A stretch of DNA of 48,009 nt, from NCBI GenBank assembly GCA_003990765.1, contig RBNJ01000040.1, positions 1-48,009 on the forward strand. Reading direction: 5' to 3'. The notes under the pieces are model-generated. The model was not told the DNA's origin and did not search any database. It saw only the letters and a program-made list of their open reading frames with translations. This stretch comes from Jimgerdemannia flammicorona. Lineage: Eukaryota. This document shows positions 35,948-47,760 of this stretch, in pieces. A program made the position numbers and the translations under genes. Every line of letters begins with the position of its first letter. Position 1 is the first letter of the stretch.

Positions 35948-38165
35948 TATCACGTAGTGATTACCGAGTCCTTCAAATATACCAGATTCTCTTCAAGATA
36001 TATCTCTTAGACTAACTCAAGTTTGTTATAAGCAAGTTCTTATTGGAGTGCCTTCCCAAGGTCTTATAGTCCTCAAACTTCTTATCTTTAACTGTCTTGT
36101 TATCTCTTATATTGCTTACAAGGAAGTATGTGTATTGTACTGAGAAGACTGACTTTATTTCAAAGAAAATAAGAGGGATATTTATACAAAATATAATTCA
36201 ATGGTTGCTAAGATATAAAGCTAAATATAAATTCTAATAACTAAAACTACTAAGTTCCAGGGTTGGCACTAATGGTTATACAGGTTCAGGATGCTGGTAT
36301 AATTCAGTATCACATTAGAATACCAGTGCTGGAATAATTTCATGTCACCTCAGAATACCAGTGCTGGCATTATTCAGTGTTACATAAGAATACCGGTGCT
36401 GGCATTATCCAGTGTTACATGAGAATACTGGTGCTGGCATTATCCAGTATAACAAAGAACTTAGAGTAGAAAGTTCAGGATCATGGGGGCTTCATCATCA
36501 TTATCATCATCACTAAAGGAGATAAGATCCACAAATTCATCATTTTCACATACTTCAATATTGCGTGGGATGACATCATTACTGATGACATCATCACATT
36601 CAGTGGGGAAATCGGGGGCTCTCCAATCTATGAGGTTCTCTTCTACAAAATAAGGGACAAATGTGAGGTCTTAGAGAGATCTAACCCGGATGCTTGGGCC
36701 TTGAAATAATGAGATCAATCCTTGTAGGAATTGGTCTGGGTTGTCTTGGAGGATGGGGTGCTAGAAGTCTTCTACTTCATCACTATTGAGGGTAATAGTG
36801 GACTGGGCTTCTGTAGCCACCCTGGCTTCTAGTGCATTGATATGATGGGATGATAGATCTCTGAAATCTGAGACTCTAATATACTTTAAGTTGGGGATCG
36901 ACTATGGTGCATGCCTGAAGATCTGATGGATCTTCTTAGCTATCCTTATTTTGCATATATCCATGGGAGTGGCATCTTGTAGCTCTTGAGTGCTGGCTTG
37001 TGGGAACTCCCAGCAGAGGAGGTTTCCTATTTCATACTTCTGCCACATTTGGAGGCATTCGGTAGCAATGGTGATCCTTGTTTCCATTTCATGGCAGTAG
37101 AGGATAAAGTGATAGGGATCTACAGTACCCAGGTTGACACTAGGAGTCCTTCTTGAGCAGGTCCCCATGGCTCTTCTGATGTCTTGGAACATTCTTTCTT
37201 CAACCAAGGTGCCTTGGTGGTTCTTTGATCTTGAGGTTTGGTAGGCAGCAGGCATTTTATTTGTGGTAAGTCTTTGGGCTATTTTGGAATCGGTGGGTCT
37301 TATTATTTGCTGCTACTGCGGTTCCTTGATCCTTCTTTTATATTCTTCAGGATGCTTGTACTGTGGTCACAGTGACTCATATAGTGCTCTGAATGAGTCA
37401 ATCCGGATGGGATTCGGATGGATTTGAATCCCATCCAGATCAACTCAGATTGGATTCGAATCCCATCCAGATCAACTCGGATTGGATTCGAATCCCATCT
37501 GGATCAACTCGGATTAGATTCGAATCCCATCGGGATGGATTCGAATCAACCATTGTTTTGATTTCCAAATTGGACAATTAAATGTTTACATCAATAACTC
37601 AATGAATAATCATCCAAATTTGATGATCTTGGTGTCATTTGAACGCCCTTAATAAGGCCTTTCTAATGATATCAAGAACATTAAAATCAGATTACGCGTT
37701 GCCGAGATATTAAGGAAACTGTTCTATTTGACGAAATTTCCAAAATCGGCAAATCGAAGAATTTCCAAAATCGGCGATTCAGACGGGTTCCTTCATAACT
37801 CAGCAACGCATGATCGGATTTCAATGTTCTTGGTATCATTAGATAGGCCTTATTAAGGGGTTTCAAATGACATCAAGATCATCAAATTTGGATGATTATT
37901 CATTGAGTTATTGATGTAAACATTTAATTATCTACATAATTTGGAAATCAAAACAATGGTTGATTCGAATCCATCTGGATGGGATTCAATCCGAATCAAT
38001 CCGAATCCAATCCAGATTAAATTGACTTGTTAGGAGCACTAGACTCATAGTTGATCATCATTGCTCATCTCGTATGCTGTATAATCTTCTTGTGCTCCGA
38101 TCTGGTGGCTTGCAAGGAAAGGCTGTCTCCTGTGCTGATGTCATCATTCTGTGGTCACCATTACA
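35948..38165 (-). repeat. 3' LTR of Gypsy B (interrupted by a hAT MITE)
   Basis: Colinear with 43853-45367 after removing 37382-38049. Confidence 0.93.
37382..38041. mobile_element. non-autonomous hAT MITE (foldback), copy 2
   Basis: Same TIRs and arms as 17471-18007; perfect 8-bp TSD gactcata; the empty site is visible in the other B LTR copies. Confidence 0.95.
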
Positions 38166-38467
38166 TCTTCCTCCTGAATAAGGATCTTCCTGAGCATTCT
38201 TATTCATTGGTCCAGTCCTGAAAAATTTGCTGATCCCATAATCTCTGGCAAGGGGTTGAAAAGTGGTGTTTATGGGCTGGTGTCTTCTCTTTGTATTTTG
38301 GTGTGATGGTGAAGAGTCGCTCCCTTCATATAGAGCAAGGGCCTGATTCTGATCTTGACCAATCGGTTGATAGTTTGAACTCCTCTGACTTCGAAAGTCT
38401 CACAGATGAGTAGTTGCCAGTGCTGTATCCCTTAGAGAATGGTCCAGACAGATAGCCTGCTGGTCAT
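38144..38467 (-). pseudogene. candidate post-integrase ORF of Gypsy B
   Basis: MTSRLSVW...ICETFEVRGVQTINRLVKIRIRPLLYM...LIQEEDVMVTTE*. It crosses the polypurine tract in the same frame as family A ORF3 (IQEEVVMV). Confidence 0.45.
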
Positions 38468-38478
38468 GAGACATGCTG

Positions 38479-39726
38479 TTATAATTCATGGACTAGAATC
38501 TTGTGAGCAGTCATCACATTTTGCTTCTCTTGTATGGGTTCATGGTACTTCTTGAGTCTGTTCCTATGTACCATGGTAGGCAGTATGGTCCCTGAGATTT
38601 TTCTAAGCCAGATAGTAGTTATCTTGATATCTTGCATGTAGAAGGGTTCTTCCCATTTGGGCTCCAGTTTTCGTGACCATGAGGCTTCTACCATATTTCA
38701 ATACAGTAGAACCTTTTCTCCAATTTGGATGGATTCTAGGGCCTTGTGATTCTTTTCTGCATTCTTCCTTATCAGTGCTTGTGATTTGGTGATGTAATCT
38801 TCAGCTTTCTTCCTGATTTGGTATAGTCTCTGGATTTCTGCATCAACCCATCTCCAAGTTAGGTCTAGATTTGTGGCTGAGGTTCCATCAGAATCTTCTT
38901 CTCTGAAGAGCAGCTCTCTTGGGGTAAAGTGTATGCTCTATGATCATATATCTCATAGGATAGAGAGGGCAGTTGGGAGATAGTTATCCCAATTCTCATA
39001 TGTCTCTGAGATCTTCACTAGGATGTTCTTGAGGGTCTTGTTGGTTCTTTCTGTCTGTCCATTTCCTTGAGGGTGGTATGTGGTGGTCTTGATATACTGG
39101 ATGTTGTATTTCTGATACATTATCTTATAGAATCTATTGATAAATTCCATGCCATGGTCTGTTGTGATTTGCTTTGGTATCTTGTAGTGGCAGATGATTT
39201 CTCAGTGCAGGAAGTCAGCTATAGAGAGGGCATTGGCTTCTTGTAATGCTCCTGCCTCTATCCATTTGGTGAAGAGGTCTATAATAACTATAATATAGTA
39301 GTTTCCTGATAGTGTTACTGGTAGTGGTCCAATGATATCCATTGCAATGTGGTGGAAGAGGATAGGCTCAATTCTTGATGACCCAGGTGCCTGGTCTTAC
39401 TGATCTTGTTTCTGTTTTTGGCACTTATCACACCCTTTGAAAAATTGGTGCAGGTCTTCTTCTATCTTGGGCCACTACATAGTTCTTCTTATCTTGTCAT
39501 ATATGTTGGTTCCTCCTAAATGTCCTTGCTCATGTACTTTCTTTATTACTTGATACTTCTTGTGTTCGGGTATTACTAGCTTTTCTCCTTTTCTGAGTGT
39601 AGTGTTGTCTAGTTCAAACTGTTTCTAAGTCCAGTTGATAATAGTGATTGTCCAGGGTTTGAGGTGGTTGGGCATCTTCTGCTGCCCAAGATAGCTGATT
39701 AATCCATAGTATAGCTCCTTATTAAT
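38479..39726 (-). pseudogene. integrase of Gypsy B, in its own reading frame
   Basis: (I)NKELYYG, H..GHLGG, CDKC, MDIIGP, TDHGMEF, YHPQGNGQTER, KLEPKWEEPF, VHRNRLKKY. Confidence 0.9.
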
Positions 39727-42700
39727 GTTGAATAGTCTTGATGGGAGTGTTTCGGGGTGTCCTTGAGAGTACATCAGTATTGGTGTTGGTCTTTCCTGAG
39801 TAGTGCTTGATAGTATAGTCATACTCTTGCAGCCTGTAGATCTATCTGACATATATTCCTTTGGGGTTCAGAGTATGGAATAGCCAGGTAAGAGCAGAAT
39901 AGTCTGTTTGAATAGTGAAGTATTTCCCAGCTAGGTAGTAGTGGAACTTGTCTACTGCCCAAACTACTGCTAAGCATTCGAGCTTGTATGACTCATAGTT
40001 CTGTTTTGCTCTGCTAGTACCTCAGCTTGCATAGGAGATGACATATTCATGTCCATCTTTCTTCTGAGCTAGGACTGCTCCAAGTCCTATAGTACTTGCA
40101 TCTGTTTGCAGGATGAATTCTAGGTTCCAGTCTGGTCTTCTGAGGATAGGTGCTTGAGTCAACCTGGTCTTGAGTTTATTGAAGGTCTCTTGGCGCTCCT
40201 TGGTTCATTCAAATTTGGTTTCCTTCTTCAGTAGCTCATAGATAGGTGCTGCAATGTTAGAGTATCCTTTGATGAATCTTCTGTAGTAGCTGGCCAGTCC
40301 AAGGAAGGCATGGACTTCTGTGGTTGTTCTGGGTCTCAGGTAGGCTGCAACAGCCTCGATCTTCATAGGGTCTATATGGATTCTGGTCTGGTTGATGAGG
40401 TGTCCTAGATAGGCAATTTCTTGAGCTGCAAACTTGCATTTCTTGGGCTTGATGTAGAGGCCATGCTTCTTGAGCTTCTTGAGGGCTAGCTGTATGTGAT
40501 TGACATGTTCCCATGTTGTGTTACTGAAGATGATCACATCATCAACATAGAAAAAGAGCCATTTTCCAATCTTGTTGCTGAAGACTCTGTTCATCATTCA
40601 CTGGAAACTTGCTGGGGCATTGCACATTCCAAATGGTATTCGCAGGTAGATATAGGTGGCATCAGATATGATGAAGGCTGATTTCTCACTGGCATCTTGA
40701 GTGAGACCAATCTGATGGAAGCCTGAGAACAGATCCAAGGTGGTGTAGTATTTGGCTTCGCTTCCAAGGGTGGTAAGGATTTCTTGAATATTTGGCAAGG
40801 GCTGCCTATCCTTCTTGGTGATGGCATTGAGTTTCCTGTAGTCAATGCAGAGTCTTGGCACAAACTCTCCAGGCTTGCTTCCTTTTTTCAGGGCAAGGAC
40901 AATGGGTAAGGCCCAGGGGCTGATAGCTTGCTTGATGATTCCAGCTTCTTCCATTTCCTTGAGTTCTGCTTGCAGCCACTCTCTGTAGGCAGGTGGTATG
41001 GGTCTGGCTTTCTGGTAGATGGGCTTGGTATCATCAGTATCAACTTCATGGTAGTACTTGGGTTCTTGATTGTGGATATCCCTGAAGTCTGTAGCAAGTA
41101 CTTCTTCATTCTGGTGCAGGATCTTGAGAAGTTGTTCCTCTAGGGGAAAGTTTTCTCCAATAGTATATATGTGCTTATTCTGGTCCTTGTCTTTCTTGTG
41201 CTCAAGTTCAGTAGTCTTGGTGGTGGCATAGGCTCCTCTTCCAGTAGATCCAAAGCCTTGTTCTTCTCTCTTGGTCTTGATGAGTTCGATGGCTTCTATG
41301 ATCTTGGGCTTCTTGATTTCGTGGATCAGCATCTGGCCAATCCTGTCATGCTTCATGACTTCAAAGGGGGTGGTGTGGTTGTGATTTATGACTATGAGGA
41401 AGATCTCACCAGTGTAATCAGAGTCAATTACTCCTCCTTCAACTGAGATTTTTCTTTTGGCCAGACTGCTCCTGGTCTTGATAATTCTGGCATGGTTTTC
41501 TGGCAGCTTGACTCCAATTCCAGTATAGTGGTCTGTGGTTCGAGGGTAGCATCTTGAATGCTGGCAAGGTCCATTCCTATAACTCCTTCAGTCTTGTATT
41601 CTGGGATCTTGGCTTCAGGGTGAAACTTCTTAACCTTGAGGGTAATGTCTGATTCTTATTCCTCCTCATCATCACTGTCAGCCTGAAGTTCTGGGGGCTG
41701 GTCATCTTCTTCGGCTTTCCTTTTTGCTTCAGCAGCTTCTTGCTCATATTTCTGTTGGTGGATTTTCCTGACTTCACTGATATAGGACCAGCAGTCATTC
41801 AGGTGTTCAGAGCAGTACATCCTAGTACCATGGGGGCATCTTTCTTAAGGGGCATACCCATCGATGATCTTGTTGTACCACTGCTCATCTGTGAGCTTGG
41901 GTGTCTTGTTCTTGTTCTTGTTCACTGAGTGCATGAAGACTTCTGTGTCCTCTTCATCTTCTTCCTCCATGTCTGGTAGGACTCCTTTATGGACATTGAT
42001 AGAGACTCATACCTTTCTTCCTCTATAGTTGATCTGCATCTTCTGGGCATTGAGATCAATGATGGCCTTGGTCTTGTGAAGCCATTGGTTGCCAATGAGG
42101 ATATCATAGTTGGTGGTGCTTATAACAATCACATCTACTGGGATGGTAGCTCCTCCTATCTTGATGGGGACTTCTCAGATTTTGCCAAGTGGGGTAGCTC
42201 ATGTACTATCTGCTATAACATAGACCATCTTAGTGAACTCTTCAATATCTCATCCTAGGCAGTCAATTACCTTCTTGCTCATAAGGTATCCTCCAGCACC
42301 AGTATTAATGATGGCATCAAAGATACAGTCTTCAATCTGACAGGGGGTATAGGCTGATGTCTTGTGCTGGTCTTCAGATTCTTCACCTGAGTTCTCAGAA
42401 TCTTCCTGTACATTGTGAGCTTCTACAATCTTGTACTCTTGATTCTTGGCAGTCGTTGTAAGTCCTACTCTCAACTGCTGTCTGAAGGTAGGGACTTCAG
42501 CTAGCTGTCCAAAGGTGGCATTGACCTTCTGTTCCTTGAGATCCTTATAGATATCATACTGGTGGATCTTGGTCTTGCACAGCTTCTGTTCCTTCTTGCT
42601 TTCACTTTCTCCTGAGACTGGAGTAGTGCCTTCAATGATTTGGTGGGTAGCTTCATCTAACTCCATGTCTTGATCAATCTCCTCGGGTTGGGTCTTACTT

Positions 42701-43732
42701 TGAATAGTGACAGCTGGGGTCTTCTTTGGTCTTCCAACTGGCTTGCTGTTGCTTTTCTTGTCATAGGGCTTGGACTGGGTTCTGGTACCTTCAGTAGCAG
42801 GGTAGAATTCAAGCTCCTTATAGTATTCTTCATCATCAGTGTCACCAATCTCCTCGATGACTACTACATTGGTTTGTTCTCTAGTTCTGCTAGCATTGCT
42901 TGGTTGGACTTTGGGTCTTGTTTTGGTCATGCAATTCTTTGCATAGTGGCCTTCTTCTCCACATCTGAAGTATGTAATATTGCATTCTTCTGTAGCAGCT
43001 GCAAATCTCTGCACTGGTCTCCTGTTGGTACTTCAGACTTCTCTAACAACATCACCAAGGTGTGCAGTCATCTCAGCGAACTGCTTGGCAAGTTCATCCA
43101 CTGGGTCAGCTTTGGCTATCTTGGGGGTAGGTGGAGTTGGTTGTCTGTTTACAACTGTGGCGGGTATGATACTAGTTGGCTTTGATGGCTCTATCTAGAT
43201 GCCAGTTATTTTCTCCATTGAGTGTTCAGCAGGGTGTCTGGCAGTCCAATATCTCTGTGCAAAGACCACTTTCTGATCAAGAGTCAGTGCAGCTGGGGTA
43301 CACTGGATACTAGGGCAATTTCGGGTGAACTCCTTTGAGGAAGGTTGAATCTGCTATTTGTTCCTTGAGGCAGTCATCATAGCCAGCCAAGATAATCTGG
43401 TAGCAGATTCGGGTATAGAATGAGTTGGGATCTTCACTAAGTCCCTGGCAGATAGTATTGAGTTGATCCTTGAGAGCTTGCTTAATCTCTTTGGTATAAT
43501 ATGTTGTTCTGAGAAAGGCCTTCATATTGGCAAGTTTGGCTGCACCAGCATTAGCAATAGTGGCTGCATTAAACTTGTCTCTGATAGGTCCTCTGAGGCT
43601 GACTGATAGAAGGGCCAATTGAGCATCCACACCAAGGGCTCGTATGGCAGCAAATTGTTCAAAGTCTTCAATAAAGGTCAGGATTGACTCTTCAGTAGTA
43701 TATCCATAGAATATAGGAGGGTGCATTTCCAT
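39722..43732 (-). pseudogene. gag-protease-dUTPase-RT-RNase H of Gypsy B
   Basis: MEMHPPIFYG; (Y)FRCGEEGHYAKNC; IINTGA; TRSSLA, GVIDSDYTGEI, IGQML, QGFGSTG; LCIDYRKLN; YVDD; QTDAS. Confidence 0.92.
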
Positions 43733-43852
43733 CTTATCTTGAATTCTTACAAGGGTGACTCTTGTAGTCAGGGTAGTTATTGTGGGGGTTGTATGTTTTT
43801 CAGCTTGAAAGTGAGGGATTTGTCTTGAATCACCAGCCAATGGGCACCAAGT

Positions 43853-45367
43853 TGTCACATAGTGGTTGCTGAGTCCTTCAAATATGTCAGATTCTCTTCA
43901 AGGTATATCTCTTAGACTAACTCAAGTTTGTTATAAGCAAGTTCTTATTGGAGTACCTTCCCAAGGTCTTATAGTCCTCAAACTTCTTATCTTTAACTGT
44001 CTTGTTATCTCTTAGATTACTTACAAGAAAGTGTGTGTATTGCACTGAGAAGACTGACTTTATTTTAGAGAAAATAAGAGGGGTATTTATACAAAATATA
44101 ATTCAATGGTTGCTAAGATATAAAGCTAAATATAAATTCTAATAACTGAAACTACTAAGTTCCAGGGTTGGTACTAATGGTTATACAGGTTCAGAATGCT
44201 GTTATAATTCAGTATCACATCAGAATATCAGTACTGGAACAATTTCGTGTCATCTCAGAATACCAGTGCTGGTATTATCTAGTGTTACATGAGAATACCA
44301 GTGCTGGCATTATTCAGTGTAACAAAGAGCTTAGAGCAGAAAGTTCAGGATCATGGGGGCTTCATCATCATCATCATCATCACTGAAGAAGATGAGATCT
44401 GCAAATTCGTCATTTTCGTGTGCTTCAATGTCATGCGGGATGACATTATCACCGATGATGTCATCATGTTCGACAGGGATATCAGGGGCTCTCCAATCTA
44501 TGAGGTTCTCTTCTACAAAATAAGGAACAAATGTGGGGTCTTGGGGAGATCTAACCCAGATGCTTGGGCCTTGGAATACTGAGATCAATCCTTGCAGGAA
44601 TTGGTCTGGGTTGTCTTGGAGGATGGGGTGCCAGAAGTCTTCTACTTCATCACTATTGAGGGTGATAGTGGACTGGGCTTCTGTAGCCACCCTGGCTTCT
44701 AATACATTGATATGGCAGGATGATAGATCTCTGAAATCTGAGACTCTAACATACTCTAAGTTGGGGATCAACCATGGTGCATGCCTGAAGATCTGATGGA
44801 TCTTCTTAGCTGTCCTTGTTTCATGTATATCTATGGGAGTGGCATCTTATAGCTCTTGAGTGCTGGCTTGTGGAAACTCCCAGCAGAGGAGATTTCCTAT
44901 TTCATACTCCTGCCATATTTGGAGGCATTCAGTAGCAATAGTGATCCTTGTTTCCATTTTACAGCAGTAGAGAATAAAGTGATAGGGATCTGCAGTACCC
45001 AGGTTGACACTAGGAGTCCTTCTTGAGTGGGTCCCCATGGCTCTTCTGATGTCTTGGAACATCTTTTCTTCAACTGAGGTGCCTTGGTGGTTCCTTGATC
45101 TTGAGGTTTGGCAGGCAGCAGGTATTTCATTTGTGGTAAATCTTTGGGCTATTTTGGGATTGGTGGGTCTTGTTGTTTGCTGCTACTGCAGTTCCTTGAT
45201 CCTTCTTTTATATTCTTCAGAATGCTTGTACTGTGGTCACAGTGACTCATAGTTAGTCATCATTGCTCATCTCATATACCGTATGATCTTCTTGTGCTCT
45301 GATCTAGTAGCTTGCAAGAAAAGGTTTTCTCCTGTGCTGATGTCATCATTCTGTGGTCACTGTTACA
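43853..45367 (-). repeat. 5' LTR of Gypsy B (1515 bp)
   Basis: TG...CA ends; adjacent PBS; contains a 30-bp tandem array (~44190-44320). Confidence 0.93.
44331..45263 (-). pseudogene. LTR-encoded ORF of Gypsy B (~310 codons)
   Basis: One frame MMTNYES...MFQDIRR...YEIGNLL...TAKKIHQIFRH...VRVSDFRDL...DDDDDDEAPMILNFLL; the frame is retained in all three LTR copies, with only scattered transition-type stops. Confidence 0.75.
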
Positions 45368-45819
45368 ATATATATATATATATATATATATGTATCACTT
45401 CTATCAATGTAATTTCAATTTTATCTTATAATAGATGAGGATAAATACTGCAATTAATGTGACTATCAATGCATGAGTTCAACAAGATGAGGTTGAAGAT
45501 TATACAGATATACTTGACATTTCAGCTGAAGAAGAAGCTATTGATGGAAATAATTCAAATTGAAAATTTCCAGCTCTTATTAATGATACTTAAGATGATC
45601 TTGATGATGATGATATAAAGAACCCTCTATAGTAGATTATACCTCTCTTATATAAAAGCAAGAGGTTCATGATATTAGTACAGTTATAGTAAAAAACTAT
45701 AATCAACTATAAAAAAAAAATAAAAAAAAAACTATAATCAATGAGTGATTATTTCTAATATATATTAATATATATACATCAGACTTCTTATTTATTATTA
45801 TTATTACATATTTTAGAAT

Positions 45820-47030
45820 CATTAAAGCCTATACTATTTTTCATCAAGAATGTAATCCTAAGTTTGATCTTGCCTTTTTGATGGAAGATACTTTAGGCTA
45901 TATTTGTATATATATTTATAAAAAATGTGATTTTGAGGATCAAAAGAATATTAATGGAAAGATTGTTAGATGTGAAGGCAAATCTGTAAGTATTTAAATA
46001 TATATAATTCATCAATATATCTGATAACAAAAAATACTTATATATGTATGATATTCTCTTGCTATGGCAATTCAATCAGCAATCAGCAAATATTACTGTA
46101 ATTTGAATAACTATAGTGATCAATGATGGAATTTCAGCTATGTAGAGAAGAAATGAATGAGTAATACATCATTATTTACCAAAGTCAGCAGATATATATA
46201 GAGTTTATACAAGTGCAAGACACATGCAAGTGATAGTGCTGAATCTGTTTGAGCATTGACAAGTGATGATATAAAAACTTTTCATACACTTTGTCAAACA
46301 AAAGGTGCAATTGGAGCTAGACAATATGTAAATATTTTTATTTATTTCTTTAATATCAGTCAAATATATGTATTATTATTAACATATCATAGTGTATTTA
46401 TTTATTTGCATTTCTTTGTCTTTTATGTAGAGATGAAGCTTTGTAGATAAAATAGAGGCATGTTGAATATATATCAGATAGAACACAAATTATCTTGATA
46501 TTAGATTTCTGCAAAACTCATTAAGTTAGTAATAAGTTTCACTTAATAACTTTAATTTTGATAACTCTATTTCATTTGAACTAATAATCTCTATTACCTA
46601 AAGGAATACAACTATTTTGTTTATATCATAATAATTACATGAAGTATATATGTCCAGTTCATGCCTATTTGAACTAGAAAGTCCACTGTGGTAATTTTCC
46701 AGGTGTACTTTTTACTAAAGTTAATAAGTATAATCATGTTCACATATATGATCCTTTGCTTTATCCAGTATTTAAGAGTTAGTTTGAGAGTGATTTATAT
46801 AATGTAGATTATGCAAAGTAGTATCTTTATGGCACTCACTCTTTTCAAAGAGGTGGATGCCAGTACTAGTGTCATTATATAAGTCTGAAATGGGATATTT
46901 GACAGTTGTGTATTTGGGGTAGATAGAGTATGGAGTTTGATAGTTTAACTATTATATGATATATGGTCAGTACAAATAATGTCTATCATACTTCTAGAGA
47001 TCTTTATATGAAGCCTTACAAACTATTTAC
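45820..47030 (+). pseudogene. intron-containing tyrosine recombinase (Crypton-like), decayed
   Basis: FAFLCLL(C<R)RDEAL (~46405-46443), LDF(C<R)KTH, CPVHAY, YGTHSF(Q<R)RGGCQY (46828-46866), W..*QLCIWGR*S.EF...TII*Y. These fit the R...K...HxxR...W...Y pattern once C>T/G>A changes are reversed. The 5' limit is approximate. Confidence 0.75.
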
Positions 47031-47419
47031 TAATAGTACTAAAGAATCTCCTTTTTTAATAAATATATTCATAGATTTTGTTAGTAAGTAATTTAAATTT
47101 AAATTTAACAGAAATCAGCTAAATGTACTAATAAATGATAAATTTAAGCTAAAGAACGACTTATTTCTACTGATTTCTAACATAACATATTTATATTTAT
47201 ATGAACTACAATATTATCATTTATATTTCTCATTAAGCTTTCAGAGAACCTAATTATTTACTATTATTTATATTTTTTCTTCAGAATTCAGAGGGAATCT
47301 AATTATTTGTATAGTGTTATTTATATTTTTTCAGAATTCAGAGAGTATCTAATTATTTAAAACTATGTAAGCTGTCAATTATTTATATAAAATTTATTTT
47401 AATAGATATAATGCAAAAA

Positions 47420-47760
47420 TATACTTACAATCTTCTTCACTTGGTCCCAATACTTCTCTATCTCTGAACTTCTCTTATGTTTTGATTGCAGCAGCCTAGG
47501 CTATATCTAATCACTGGTACATTTCCTGCAAGTCAACTCCATTGATTGTTGTGAGGATATTCTCATACCAAGCCTTCCAAATTAGTTCTTTAAACTTTGA
47601 CCTTATGATAGTGATATATGCCTGAAACAAATAAAGTATAATTAGATTCTATAATTTATGAGTGAAAAATATTAACATTATATAAACTTACCACAATAAT
47701 AGTAAAAGCTGTCATTCTTCTATTCAATATCTTTAATTGATACATTTGGGCTAAAAATTG
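47420..47760 (-). pseudogene. decayed minus-strand exon(s) of an unknown gene convergent with the recombinase
   Basis: On the minus strand, tttcag|...AYITIIRSKFKELIWKAWYENILTTING...|gtaagt looks like an exon with in-frame stops. Confidence 0.3.

Larger units (their letters stand above)
35948..45367 (-). mobile_element. full-length Ty3/Gypsy LTR retrotransposon family B (dUTPase-bearing, ORF-containing 1.5-kb LTRs)
   Basis: LTRs at 35948-38165 (with a MITE) and 43853-45367; PBS 43832-43849; polypurine tract from 38166; gag-PR-dUT-RT-RH and IN. The flanks aagt/atat are not a perfect TSD. Confidence 0.93.

Noticed and set aside
38060-38543. Second nearly open frame (MNPYKRSK...) running from the integrase end into the B LTR
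   Set aside because: No similarity to family A ORF3 and several stops; dual coding cannot be supported without more copies.
8000-45300. In-frame TGA codons as a reassigned genetic code or selenocysteine
   Set aside because: They fall at Arg (CGA) or Trp positions, differ between copies and are absent from the intact gene; they reflect mutational decay.
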